The translations under genes and the position numbers were made by a program. From Octopus sinensis (lineage: Eukaryota): a stretch of 64,000 nt of DNA. The first letter of the stretch is position 1. Every line of letters begins with the position of its first letter. Where the stretch lies: contig NC_043000.1 in assembly GCF_006345805.1 (NCBI RefSeq), positions 59,892,001 to 59,956,000 of the forward strand. Reading direction: 5' to 3'. The notes beneath the pieces were generated by a model. That model saw only the letters and a program-made list of their open reading frames with translations, did not search any database and was not told where the DNA came from. This document shows positions 1 through 13,210 of the stretch, piece by piece.

Positions 1-424
1 CTATACCTCTGAAAAACCTAAACCTTGTGTATAATATGCACCCTTTCTCTAACTTGAGTCAAGGAGGTCTATATAACATCCTTGGTTTATAAAAATGTAT
101 ACGGTAATGTCCTTTATTACATAATGCAAATGTGTAGCTTTTGTGTGCATTTTGTTTGCAGAAAATAAAGAAATAACAGTAATAACGTTTAATAAATGTT
201 GCTTGCTGCAAGTTATGAATGATTCTTTTATGACTTCATTGCTTTCAGGCTTAGCTTAAGATATTTTTGCACCTGAATAAACATTGCCGGACAGCAAATA
301 GAGACGTGGACATTGCTTAGAAATAATTTTCATTTTTAACCTCGTGTATAATACGCACTAGGGATTTTGGCCTTTAAATTTTTTGAAAAAAATGCAGATT
401 ATTTATACTCAAGGATTTACGGTA
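1..424. mobile_element. Terminal part of a pogo/Tc2-like DNA transposon, truncated by the window edge
   Basis: Ends ...TTATACTCAAGGATTTACGG followed by TA at 423-424. The reverse complement CCGTAAATCCTTGAGTATAA resembles pogo/Tc2-type TIRs. The subterminal motif GTATAATAYGCAC occurs twice (about 29 and 346). Confidence 0.5.
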
Positions 425-555
425 TGAGAAACAAAGCTTACTCTGGTAGGATTTGAATTCTGAATATAGATATAACAAATTCCTGCAATACATTTTGTTC
501 CCGGCTCTACTGATCCTGCAATCTACCTACCTCTAATAATAATCCTTTCTGCTAA

Positions 556-752
556 AAGCACGAGGCCTGAAATTTTGGGGCAGGAGACTTGTCGATTAAA
601 TTGACACCCCCAGTGTTTCACTGGTACTTAATTTATTGACCCCGAAAGGATGAAAGGCAAAGTCAACTTTGGCATAATTTGAACTCAGAACACAGCGACG
701 TGTAAAATGCTGTTAAATATTTCGTCCTGTGTGCTAACAATTCTGCCAGCTC
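556..752 (-). mobile_element. tRNA-derived SINE with a GCCTTTCATCCTTTCGGGGTC core (family A)
   Basis: Minus-strand head GAGCTGGCAGAA...GTTCTGAGTTCAAAT (B-box-like) plus a conserved core. Related copies lie at about 7140-7280(-), 9935-10085(-), 12535-12740(+), 14865-15050(-), 21955-22165(-), 22190-22350(-), 29625-29775(+), 39135-39340(+), 45950-46140(+) and 57100-57260(+). Confidence 0.8.
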
Positions 753-2329
753 AATAATAACAACAGCAAATTATAGGTTAGGCCTAAAAACATTTGGTTT
801 TACAGATGAGATGATTCAGGTCTGAAGCACACAATGGTATTATGCTGTAAATCTACCCAATCCATACCAGCACTGAAGAAGAGATTTGAAAATAATGGAT
901 ATTGTATATAGGGAATAGATATTATACATAAAGAATAGAGATTCAAATCAATCCTATTAAATACCATAATAACTGTGACGAGCAAAGGGATTCTCATTTT
1001 ATCATTCAAAGTTCTATTTCAGTAGTCCTTCAAATGATTCACCCAAAACTTCTAAAACTCATGGCTATTGTCTTTTTCTGTTTTTCTTTTCTCTCTTTTA
1101 TTTTCTCTTTCCTATAATCAAGCATTCAAAGAAATTCATAAATTTTGTAGACTACTTGATGAATTTGTTCCTAAGTCAGAGTGCAAAGGAAAGGTCAATT
1201 GTCTGAGTGATGTGTCTGCTATTGTGTCACTCACAGTCTGCAACAACAACAATAATAATGAGTGGTGGTAGTGGTAGTTGTGGTTATGTTCATGTTGATG
1301 GTGGCAGTGGTGGTGATGATAATGATGATGTTTTCTTTTATTCACCAGTAGAGCTCAAGACACTGGGGATAGTACAAAGGTGAAATACAAAGGCAAACAA
1401 GAAACAGTGGAGGAGATGGGGTTACATTGAGTAAAAGGGCAAGGTCAACAAAACAATAAAGAACATATCCTTACATAGATAATAAATAAATAGCCATAAC
1501 AGTATAAGAACAAGAAAAGCCCTACAAAATAGTAGGTGGGCCAACTTCAAAAATAATTACTTGGGGCACCTCACACACCTCCAGATTATCCTGACACACC
1601 AAAGGCAAATAAATGTCTTCTACCAGCTCTTACCACCAACATATAGCTACATATTTACTGTAACACCATTTAGCCACAATAGCTTCTTTTTATTGCCACA
1701 TGAGAAATCACAAACATTTCTGACATAAGCTAAGATTAAAGGATTAGAGTTTTCCCCTTTACAGTAGAGAGTTCCTCACTTTCTTCAAAATGAATGTGAA
1801 AAAGGTTAGTATGTGTGTGTGACATCATGCATTTTAGAACAAGCTGATTGTTGTTGCAGTTTTGTGTTGTACTGTATCTTACAGGAAGTTAATAATAAAT
1901 GTGTATACTTTATTGTTTAAGGTTTGTTTTCAACAACTGATTAGTGAACAAAGGAACAAAAATAACAGAAAAAAAAAACTTCTTTAAGCAAAAAGATAGT
2001 TCCTTGCAAAGTTTGTAAATTTGATTAAGTTTGTAAGCCGTGGTGTGATGTGTGAGTGTTAATATTTTAAGCACAACTCTTCTTCAAAGAAAATAAGTAT
2101 GAAGAACTTTGACTGAAATAACACAAATTTCCCCTTAGCATAAAAACCTATTGAAATTTGTGAACTTTATAAAGTGATTTTTGCTAACACTATTTACTAC
2201 TAATTTTGGGACTTATTTAATTCTTCATAAGAGGAGAGGATAAAGCAAATTAACTCCAAAGACTCAATAACTATATTGCCCAACCTAAAGCAGATGAAAG
2301 GCAACAAGCCAATGAGAAATCATTTATGT

Positions 2330-2515
2330 GACTGCTCAACATGCTAGAAATAACTCCACTAAATTACACACTACCATCTTGCAAATGAAAAGATATTGGA
2401 TAATGTAGTCCTAGATATTCAATCGTTGCAAAAAAACGTAGGATGGTTATGGCTGCAACGCCTTTGATCATAGGTTTGATTTACCAAGGCTGACCTTAGA
2501 CCAAGCAACAACAGG
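2330..2515 (+). mobile_element. (ACA)n-tailed interspersed retroposon, the most abundant family in the window (family D)
   Basis: Motifs TGCTAGAAATA...GGATAATGTAGTCC...TTTGATCATAGGT...GCAACAACAG. More than 15 further decayed copies, e.g. about 27750-27890, 28235-28400, 32300-32430, 38740-38910, 39360-39560, 42560-42750, 47280-47470, 48475-48670, 51000-51135 and 55830-55990. Confidence 0.65.
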
Positions 2516-3194
2516 ATAAAAGCAAGCCACTCAAGTAGAAGTTGAACTTAGAATAGTGAGCTTCTGAAGCTGAAATAACAAATCATCTTAGCTGACACTT
2601 CATTATTTCCTTCATATCTACTGAGAATTATGAATAATTTCTATCTAATAAGCTGTATTAACATGTTAGATGTAACAATGATTAAGATATTTACCTCATT
2701 TTGTAAAGATATTCCATCAGCTGGGAAAACTGAGAGTATTCAAGAAAATAACTATTATGACAAGGAAGAATAATAATTATAGGTTTACTGACATATAATT
2801 AGGTAAATTCATTCTGATTCAGTAAAGTGCTATCAAACTATTTCTCATTGAAAATAATACTAAAAGAATATGACTCAATGTCAAGAAGTATTTAAGGAAA
2901 TATTTTAACAAATAAGAAAAAAAAATTAACAAAGATGATGGAATTTTTAGTCCAATGACGCAGAAGAAGATGTCTACAAAATAAAACAAATATAATTTAT
3001 GGATGAAAATGTTCCAGTGATTGTGGTGAAAACCTGCTTTTGATTGCTTGGAAGCTTAGGATTAAAATTCTCTCTCTCTCTCTCTCTCTCTAAAATTTAG
3101 TTAAAATGAACTCCACTGAGTTAGATGTAGCATAGCTACTGGTGAAACATGGCAATATTTAAAGAGTATTGAAAATCTGAAAAAGCTCATTTCG

Positions 3195-3335
3195 AGTGTT
3201 TGGCATCACAGAGGCAGTGACCAAGACCTTTGACATGTCATGCTTGAGAAAAAGACCCATCTAGTCAAGTAAAATCGCAGTCATGGCAGATACCAGTGGC
3301 ATATAAAAGCACCCATTACACTCTCAGAGTGGTTG
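3195..3335 (+). mobile_element. RTE LINE 3' end fragment
   Basis: GCTTGAGAA...AAAAGCACCCATTACACTCTCAGAGTGGTTGGCG is the same 3' region that follows the RTE ORF end at 15980-16352. Confidence 0.6.
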
Positions 3336-3354
3336 GCGGAGAAACCAAGCCAAA

Positions 3355-4260
3355 TCAAAAACAAGGACAGGTCACTCAGAGTTTTCAACCTTCAGTCAAG
3401 TACCAAATCATATTTGCCATTTCAGCCAGTTACTCTCGAGACTGCTCTAATCTGGCTGGCCCCAAGAAAATCTAAGCTAAGAGTACTAGATTCTTTGGAA
3501 GAAAGCAAGTTAATGTATATGAAAACAAGGACAAAAAAAGAAACCCCAGAGAAATGGTATGCAATTACAAAAACAAACAACAGGACATTAACAACAGGTG
3601 TCTTTCGACTAAGGATGAATTGAATTAAGCTGGTGTGTGTGGAAATGAAGCCTTACAGCAGGAACATAGAAGGTGAAAGTCATGGGAAAGAATATAAGAG
3701 ATGCTACGCAGATGGTAGTTGAACCAAGAAAGAAAGGTTAGGCTTAACCCAACAACAGTTGCATGGAAGGAGAGGAGAGAGGTAGGGGTAGAAGGATTGA
3801 AGAATTAAGGAGGGACGAAAAAGAGAGAAAAAAAGGAAAGGGACAGAGTGTGGTAAAGGAGGAGGGAAAGTGATGAGAATGAAAGGAAGGCCAAGAAATA
3901 TGAGAGAGGATGGGAATGAGAAAAAGAAGAGTGAACGGAATGAAGAAAATGTGAAGGAGGCTACAGGAAAGAGTTAAAGACTCGTACAGAATTTAGATAT
4001 ATATATATAATGTACTTACATACAGGAGACCAAAAGTGTACGTATGCCGCAATATGTATATTTAAAAAAAACAAAACAAAAAAATGGAACAAGAACAACA
4101 GGCGACAACAAAACATTCGGACAGTTAGACGATACAATAAAGGACAGGAAAAAACAAGGACAAGTCATTCGGAGCTTTCAATCTTCAGTTGAGTACCAGA
4201 TCGTCTTTGCAGTTTCGACCGGTTACCCTCGAAACTGCTCTAATCTGGCCGGCCCCAAAC
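3355..4260. repeat. Two related ~110-bp segments flanking a purine-rich tract; unclassified, possibly Penelope-like terminal repeats
   Basis: 3357-3470 and 4150-4258 share AAAACAAGGACA.GTCA...CTGCTCTAATCTGGC.GGCCCCA. A GA-rich tract spans about 3770-3970. Confidence 0.45.
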
Positions 4261-6156
4261 GTGTACAAAAATATTGCTTGGAAATTATCAAAGAATATAC
4301 TGATTGATATGTTGCTCAAATAGTGTGGAAAACTGACTAACAGTAAAGGAACAACACTAAAAGTTAATAAAAATCTGATTAAACAATATTCAATCTTTTG
4401 CTGACAAGTCTATGAAATAACAATAAAATGTATTTAGGTCAGGACAGAATATAAATATATGTATGATATGTTGACCGCCCACCAGCTTAAACTTCTGTAT
4501 AATGAGAAATAAAATTTGGCCATAAAATAAGTTTAAGCTCTTCATCAAGAGCTTAGCAAGGGAACCTCTATAGTTAGATATAATGTGCCCAGCCAGCACT
4601 GTAATAAGATTGTTGATATGTAGGGCATCCATCCATGAAAACTGTGCAGGAAAAAACATTAGACATGTAATCAGAATCCTACCTGCCCACATTTTCCTAT
4701 TGACACTGATGTACATTGATCTAAGCTGAACATCAGCTATATCAGCCCCACCATAAGAAGTGAGGAATGCAAAAACTTATAAAGCAGTGACCCACCTTGC
4801 TCTCCCCTTTATGAATTAATCATTGAAAAAAAGAATAAAACATGGCTTTCATATAAATTCCAGCTTTTAAGCAAAAAGTTCAGATTTATATCTAAACAAA
4901 TATAATTTGTGACATGACAAAAAAACTTCCAGCAATATGCAAAATGATAAACAAAAAAAAAACCTTGAAGCAGTGATAGAATCTATGTAATCAAGTAACA
5001 TGCCAAAAATTGCAGTCAAATCTCTCTCAAATTATAATACCATATTACTGGTCAAATAATTTAGAAACTCACTTTACAAAGTTCCAAGCTCAACCCCACA
5101 GCATCGTATTTTGGATAGGTGTCTTTTACCATAGTCTAAGGTTAACTTAAGCCTTGTTAGTGAAACTGAGTACACAGAAACTGTGAAAGCTTGTCTGATA
5201 GAATGTACCTGCTTTATTTTCTTTTTCTTATTTCTTGCCCCCACTTTGTCAAAAAAGACAAAGATTTGTTTTATTTATATACACATTAGAATGTTACAAA
5301 TGGAACACTTTTAATCATAGGTCAGCTTAATCAAAAGAAAAAAAACCGTAACCATTTTGAAAAAGATTCAGTATTTAGAACCATAATAATCTTTGTAAGG
5401 GGTCTATTCAAGCCATATCCAACAAATTATAATTACCATTCTAAATAGGTAAAAATTTAAGGCTATTTCTATCTTTCTTCAGAATTATTATTCTTAGTCA
5501 ACAAACACTGAATCGGTTACTTAAATCAAGTTTGCACTGTTCTATTAAGCACAAGTAGGCATTTAGGAGGGAAAGAGAAATGGTATGAACATATGGCAAG
5601 AAGGACTTGTTACAAGAATAATTCTATTTTTTTCTGTTATTTGGTCTGTACTTTTCTTTTTATTTTGATAACAATTATTTAATAATTAATAAAATGTATA
5701 TAATTTGTTAAATTTTTTACCTTGTGATAATAATGTATAATTATTTTCATAATTATAATACTTGAATTAGATTTTTCAATTTTTTAATAAAAAAAGTCAC
5801 CCTGGCATCACACAAAAAAATGATATATAACATATATTGTGATCGGCATATTAATGCACACTATCAATTGATGATTAACCCTTATAATGGAGTTGATGTA
5901 AATCTATTTGTAAATGTAACCGAATCACTGCCAACCCTTTCTCTCACTAGCTTATCACACTTTTCTAAGAAACTTATACCTTACATCACTTCTTACACCA
6001 ATTTCTTACACTTCTCTGAAATAAGAAAATGGAACTAACTTATCCTTCACACCGCCTTTTACATTAACCGTCTCTCAGAAATAATGAACTAGAAATTATA
6101 TATATGTGAGAGAGGAAGGAGAGGGGAGACAGAGAGTCAGACAAACAGACAGATAG

Positions 6157-6850
6157 ACTACATTATCTAAAATGTATCTTTCATTCTTTAGCTCCAGGTC
6201 CTGACCCAGCAGATCTATGATGAAATGTGTTCCTTCTGAGTTCATCCTATCATTTATTTAGACATAGCATAACCAGGACTACATTGTCTAATGAGTCTTT
6301 CCTTTCTTAGCCACAGGGCAGTTCTGATCCCATCTTTTATTCAGACATAGTGTATCTACGACTACATTATCAAATGTAGCTTTCCTTGTTTAGCCCCAGG
6401 TCACTCCTGATCCAGCAGATCTATGATCAAATGTGTTCATCCCATCTTATACGGTAATTTTTCAAGAAACTGTTCAAAATATGAGTTGTTGTTCAGTAAT
6501 AGGTCTAATCAAGCAGAACTATGAATGAAGGTTTTTCCATCATACTATCAAGTCTTTTTTCGTCTTTTTTTCAGATATAGTATATGTCAAGAACTATATT
6601 CTCAAGTATGTCTTTCTTTTCTAAAGTATAATTCATGGGAGCCACACGAAAACAGAAACTTGAATGTAATGCTGTTAGTTCAGTCTAAATATGGAATAAA
6701 TGCTTTTCTTTTTCTTTGTTGTTCAGCTTCAGGTTCCAGGTCAGCCTGAATCAAGCAGATCTAAAATGAAAAACATTCCAGACAAGACATTCTCATCTCC
6801 CTTTCATGATTAATGTGACCCTTGACTACATTATCCAATGAGTCATTTTA
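6157..6850 (-). repeat. Degenerate tandem modules of family D
   Basis: The GACTACATT.TC..AATG...TTAGCC module recurs at about 6157, 6277 and 6361, and again at 6725-6845. Confidence 0.55.
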
Positions 6851-7773
6851 TATAATAAAAAAGGTTGGTTGTGGTCTAATGGCTGATATGATTGTTATTT
6901 TTAGCAGATTGATTGGTCATGTGGATATTCCATCATTAGTTTCTAAGATAAGAGAGATGAAGTATCAACTACAATCAAATTGCAAAATAGTGGGATGAAG
7001 CTTGACTCCTGGTAGAATCATAGGAATACTGTCATGACAAATAGCATGACTTGGGATATTTTATACCTGGTGAAGCCCATTCCTTTCCCAGTTTGAGCAT
7101 GGCCTCTATATTCCAGAAAGAAAGTGAGAAACACTGTGATGGACTGGTAATTTATTTATCAAGGCCAAAAGGATGAAAGGCAAAGTTGACCTTCATAGAT
7201 TTTGAACTCATAAAGGCACTGCAGTAATACAGAATGAATAAACATAATGCATGGAATCCAATTTTATAATGATTCTGCAAACTCACTGCTTATTGCACAA
7301 TAGGAAAAAATGGGAAGTGGGGAAAAATATTTTCTGCAGACAGCACTCTGTACAACTACTATTAATAAATCTATTGTCTAGAGCAGGTTCATATCAATAT
7401 ACAGAGCTACTTACTCTGTTTGTATAAATCTAAAGTCAGTGTGATGTCATTTGCACATGGCGCATTATTGCATAATGAGACTTGGTAATATATTATTTAG
7501 TCAAAGCAAGAACAGAGAAATATCAATACACCAGCAGCAATTGTATGATTTTATGTTAATTTAATTTGCCAATTTACCAAGTTACTTATTAAAACAAAAT
7601 TTTATGTTAAACTGAATTACTTGTGATGAGCTATAAATCTTTGATACAGTTACAACCAAGAAAATTTGAAAGTTGGCTTACAATTAGAAGCTGGAGATTA
7701 TGAATAGGCTATGAATATATAAATTTGTGCAGAGTATAAGATGAGAATAATAAATCTGTGTAACTGAACTGAT

Positions 7774-7776
<3 letters not shown>

Positions 7777-7817
<41 letters not shown>
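7777..7817. repeat. (TA)n microsatellite
   Basis: Direct observation. Other (TA)n tracts at about 12995-13033, 13141-13206, 18162-18220, 18400-18430 and 31995-32040. Confidence 0.95.
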
Positions 7818-7819
<2 letters not shown>

Positions 7820-8066
7820 GCAAAAATTTAGGGGATGGAGCAGGTAAAATCCTTAAAATGTTTCCTAGCTAGCAGAACCTCGGAAGTAGTAATTACTCAA
7901 CAAAGGGTACCCCACTAGCAATTCAGCAAGCTGAAGAAACCTTGTTGTCAAGGGATCCCAAGTTAACTCAGAGGAGATCTGATGCATATACATTCAACAA
8001 TTTTACAAGGTGCTTATGTAGAGTGTAGTACATATCTTAATATGTGAAATAGTCTGAAACTTACTT

Positions 8067-8117
8067 TGTGTGTGTGTGTGTGTGTGTGTGTGCACGCGCG
8101 CGCACACACACACACAC
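8067..8117. repeat. (TG)n-(CG)n-(CA)n compound microsatellite
   Basis: Fully alternating purine-pyrimidine tract. Other CA/TG arrays at about 11376-11406, 19005-19045, 32460-32502 and 45157-45193. Confidence 0.95.
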
Positions 8118-9638
8118 TCAATTAGAAATAGATACATAAAGATCATTTTAGTTCTCTCAGGAAATTACACTGACATTGTTGTTAGTTTGATTGAGCCAAC
8201 CAATGATCAAAGGGTTTTCAGTCTTGAACAACCCATCTTTTTATGTTTTTATATGCCAGGGACTACAACAATGGCCAATGTTTCCTTTCTTTTTAAAGAT
8301 GGTAGGGTGAGATTTGATGGAGACTTGTTTCCAGCAAATCAAGCAACCATATACAAGCTCCTTCTTTAGGTCACACACCAGCACAAGTTGAAAAGGAACA
8401 GTAGTTCTACAGTGGTTAGAGTTCATTCCTTATTATTTGCTCCATTATTATTAGAAAACTATCATTACAAAGAGTTTTCAGGTCTAAGAACTCTAAACAA
8501 TGGGTGAACAAATAGTGATATGGAAACTCAAAATGGAAAAACTATGGAGCATTCTGAAATTTTTTTCTGGGTGTAGCAGATGTACTCTGCACTCTAAACA
8601 ATATTATTACAGCTGAAAGTGAAGGTAATGACAGCAAAATAACTAGAGTCTGAGATAAGAGATTCTTCTTCTTCTTCTTCTTCTTCTACCACCACCACCA
8701 CTAGTTGCCTCTTGTACTTTGCAAACTCATATTCATCCAATGGTGATTCATGAAGACCATGTCTAACTACACAATACCTCAATGTAATAGGAAGCTATGC
8801 AGAGGACTTGAGAATCACAACTGCTCCTACCTACATTACACCTTACATATATCCTTGCGAGTAAGGAAACTATGGAAGTGGTGGTATAGACAATAGACAA
8901 TAATTCATTTTGTATTTTCCACAGAAGTATTTATTTTCAGCTATTTGTTTTTTTGTTTTTTTTTTAATGCTTAAAATATGCTAATTAACACTAACTGAAG
9001 TAAGTTTAAATGATACAAATAGTGTAAATGGTGGAATAAATTTTATACCATGTGGAAGACCAAATCTAATGTTTCTCTCTGCCCCCACTTCTCCATGTAG
9101 CAAAGTGTTTGACCAGAAAAGTTAAACTTCTCTTCATTTTCACAACATAAGATTTATTCCAATGTTTGAATTCATTTGTGTAACTTTTTACTGACACAAC
9201 ATAAATTTCCTCAATTCAATTGTTTACTAAGGGTTAAACTCAAGTCAATAGATTTTATGAATTAGGTGTGCAATACAAAATGCAACATTAATCTGGACAT
9301 TTAAGAGATTAATGGATGGAATATGTTAGATGATTAAAAAAAAAAAAGCTTGAAATGCTCGTAATGTATAACTGGAATAAAGGTAGGCCAAGAAATGACT
9401 GAATAAAATAGACCTGGCCTTCATAGAGTTAAGCATCACATATCCACTGTCTAAAAATAGAAACAGGAGAAAGGAAAGTTTGTGTCTAGCCAAGCATTAG
9501 CAACATTTTTTCAGGTCAACATTATTAATTACTTCTACACCTATAAACAAAGCACTCAAGACAACAACAAAACAACGACAAAAATTCCTTAACACTTCCA
9601 CCACAATATCGTAAACTCCTTCACTGCTTTTCTCTTAC

Positions 9639-9679
9639 TGCTTAAATCTCAAATCATTATGATCTGTTCTAAGACAATA
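9639..9679 (-). CDS. Candidate 41-nt internal exon (YCLRTDHNDLRFK[Q/H]), gene unidentified
   Basis: Minus-strand acceptor tttttttttttatttaatattcag and donor gtaaga. Only one of three frames is open. No protein family recognised. Confidence 0.3.
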
Positions 9680-10094
9680 CTGAATATTAAATAAAAAAAA
9701 AAAAAGAAAGAAAAAGGATACATTAGGCAATATACATAAAAGGACAGAATGGGCATGGCTAGAACACCTTTGATTATAAATCTGTTTGACTGGGGCTAAC
9801 CTAGGGTTAAACAATAACATAGCATGGTCTGAATTCAAAATAGCAATCATCAAAATCTTAGAATAATATTTCTAGGCAAAGAGAGAAAAATCTCCATACA
9901 AACTGAAATGAAATAATAATAATTCTTTCTATTAAAGGCACAAGGCCTGAAATTTGGGGAGTGGGGAGAGTCGATTACATTGACCCCCAGTACTCAACTG
10001 GTAATTATTTTATTGACTCCAAAAGAATAAGAGGCAAAGTCAACCTTGGTGGAATTTGAACTCAGAACATCAAAGACAGATGAAAAACCATGTC

Positions 10095-10495
10095 CCTGAG
10101 CATGTCTCTTAGTGGCTGATATGTGCATCTCTGATCACGAGTAGAAGTAGTGGGGGAGCATCATAGTCATGTGTTGAGAGGAATTCTTTGGAGTTTAGAT
10201 AATTCACCATTGGAAAAATGGGTACTTTGTTCAACATCCTTAAACAACCCTTATTCAGGGACCTTTCGAGCGGGATGGGCTACTCGACCTGAAGAAAATT
10301 CTAGCTTGGCCCCACCTGCACTGTTTATTTTGATATGAGATCACTATGTCATGCACATGTCGTTGTGATGCATATGCCTGGTGTACTTTTATCAGACGGG
10401 TAGTCATGGTGGGTATACTGGGCATTATATATTTTATCCCACTGTCACTTTGATGGCATGCACTGCTCTCTCACTCAAAAATAATAATAATAATA
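10095..10495 (+). mobile_element. (AAT)n-tailed interspersed repeat, probably a retroposon 3' region
   Basis: CpG-retaining block ending in AATAATAATAAT. A partial second copy at about 25810-25945 shares GAGCAT.T.TCTTAGTGGCTG...ATGTGCATCTCTGATCA...CATCATAG.CATGTGTTGAGAGG. Confidence 0.6.
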
Positions 10496-10769
10496 AATGC
10501 CCTGATGCAATACTAAGCAGTGACTCTCATAGGTTTTGATCTTAACTGATTGGAAGTGTTATCATGTACATGTTTTGTCTTGGTGTAAAAGATGGGTTAG
10601 AGCAAATATTTTTCTCAATGCACTGATCTGCTTTCCAACTTACACATCATACATTTAATTTTCATGTTTTACTTCCATGCAGCATTATACTTCATGTATA
10701 AACATCATAGACTCTACTCTTCATTCAAAAAAATAAAAAAAGGAATCCCCTTATTTTCAGAAATGATAA

Positions 10770-11200
10770 TAATTCATTGAACCCCACCCACCTGGATAGG
10801 TAATAGAAACTGTCCATTACCTCTACAGGGGCACTATTTGTGTGCATTCTACTACATATGGACTCATCTGTCGACCTATCTGTGATTTCACCGAATCTTT
10901 TGTTCAACTATAGTTTATGTAAACTATAGAATTCCTACATACTCCTTTTCTATATATTAACCATAATTCTTTTTATATGGCAATACAGTTTTGTATTCTT
11001 TCTTATTAAATTGAAGTTTTGTTTTTATTAGACTTCCATGTTTGGAATTTATTCTCAAATTCTTCAACAGATTCACCTATGAGAACTAGGTCATTTCCAT
11101 AGAGAAGTTCCCATGGACAGCCTGTCTTACTTCCTCTGTTATGACCTGTGTTGACCTCCTTGGTGACCAAAACTTGAACATCAAATAACCTGCCATAGCT
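10770..11200 (-). pseudogene. RTE-clade reverse transcriptase relic
   Basis: Minus strand gives GCPWELLYGNDLVLIGESVEEFENKFQTWK at about 11040-11125 (the decayed PWELLYADDLV catalytic motif) and VEVMDSFYYL at about 10800-10830 (cf. VDSFCYLG). Confidence 0.8.
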
Positions 11201-11374
11201 GTTTGGATTTTCTGTGATGCCAGAAAGGAACTATAAATAATACAATAATACATAGGACTTCTTTCTCTTCATTTAGAAGGATAAAAAATCACAACCTATA
11301 TGACTTGTTTAAATTTTAAATAGAAAATAATAAGAAGTGGGTGTAAATACAGGTTAATTTATTAACCTCACCAA

Positions 11375-11409
<35 letters not shown>

Positions 11410-13140
11410 CACGCACGAATGAGTGACTGTGTGTGTGTGTGGTTGCGCACATGCGCATCAAAGAGATCTATATCTACACCAATATAAAGCAAAAGCTGTT
11501 AAACTCCTGTCCAAGAAAGAACTCTTGATATTTCAAAGAATAACAGCTGTAATCTATTGAGTAATCTGGCATGCACTAGTTTCTTTTTTTTTTTTTTTAA
11601 GAGTAAATATTTCACTTTGTCACAAAATGATTTACTGAATGCAATGTACTGTTACCTCTTTGAAAATTCCCCAAAGAACACACATTCTTTAAAATAAAGC
11701 TAAAACAAAACAAGACAGAAATGGAACATGAAACATCTAGTGGAATATGAGAGTGGATTTCACTTTACTCTGTTTGAATGCTTAATTTTTCCAAAAATTA
11801 TTATGGTACCTAGTGGGGTTATTTAAAGGGGAATTTGTTTTGCCTTCTAAAATCTTTCTATCTCAATTACAACCACCAGTTTCATGTGTCAGACTTTTGC
11901 AAATGACAAGGACACAATGTTTGATTCTGCTATTTAACAAGTTTCTCAACCACCTTTACATATATAGTTTACAAATGCCAATATTTTTAATTAAGAACAA
12001 AACAACTAACAAAAGTACAAAAAAAAAACCTATTTTTTAGGACTAATTTTCTCATGCAAACTTTATATTTGTACTGTTTTTGCCCAGCCTCAGGTTCATC
12101 ATGATTGTGCAGGCCTATGAAAAAGTTTTCCAGCTATCATCATTGTTTTTTTGTTTGTTTTTTTTGGTAAATAAAAATAGTGTATCTTGGATCTCATTAT
12201 CTAATGTATCCTTCCCTTTTTTAAAAATAGACTGTGATTTGAGGGGAGTTTGGCTGCTATTGCTAACCAGTGAAGCGAACATTTTTGTGTTGTTGGTTCT
12301 CTAATTAATGGCTCACTAGATATGTTCTCTTATTATTCATGAAGAAGAACCAGGTTATATTTTACCTTTTATTAGGTTAAATTAAAACAAATATTCTATC
12401 CAAAGATTGCTATATCCAGGGAAAGAATCTACAGGTCATATCTTATTAGAAGCTTCCAGATTAGGAAGGAACAGTTGAACATGAATGGTACTAAAGAAGT
12501 TAAATATTGCAATGATGACAGAAAATATAAGGTGACAAGCTGGCAGGATCATTAGCACAGTGGGTGAAATACTTGTTGCAATTCGTCTGTCTTCACATTC
12601 TGAGGTAGATGTTGCCCTTCATCCTTTTATCTTTTGGGGTTGATAAAATAAGTAACAATCGAGTCCTGAGGTTGATGTAATCGATTTATCCCTTCCCCCA
12701 AAATTGGTGACCTTGTACCAAAACTTAAAATTAATATTGATAGAAAATATGACAAAGAATATATAATCTATTGCACCAAAAGGCAATATGAGAGTTTCTC
12801 TCATGGCAAACTACCACAGTATAGTTTGTCCTAACAGAACATCCATGATAAATATTACCACTAGAGATAAATATTACCTCTCAGTATTAACACTGCCTGC
12901 ATTACTAATAAATATTTTTTTTACACTGGATTTTATGCATATGTACAAAAATAACAGTGTCATTTAAGAGTAGAATGAAATCTTTAAATGCAATATATAT
13001 ATATATATAATATATATATATATATATTTTATATATAAAATAGCAGGTATAGGTGATTTATTAGGACTGAAAACATCTAGATTTTACCTGATAATGTTCT
13101 TTACCAAGGGTGTATATATGTATAAGCATATTACTTCTCA

Positions 13141-13210
<70 letters not shown>

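Noticed and set aside
1136-1345. His-rich 69-aa ORF as a metal-binding peptide
   Set aside because: The His and Leu runs come from trinucleotide microsatellites. Only 1136-1237 is kept as an exon candidate.
4390-4716. 108-aa minus-strand ORF
   Set aside because: No recognisable motif. Several conflicting acceptors are present and no convincing donor.
8070-8369. 99-aa ORF
   Set aside because: It starts in a (TG)n array, and its 3' half is a family-D repeat.
8594-8782. ORF with poly-V/poly-E, RYCVVRHGLHESPLDEYEFAK
   Set aside because: The runs are microsatellites, the splice sites are weak (GAG acceptor), and no family was recognised.
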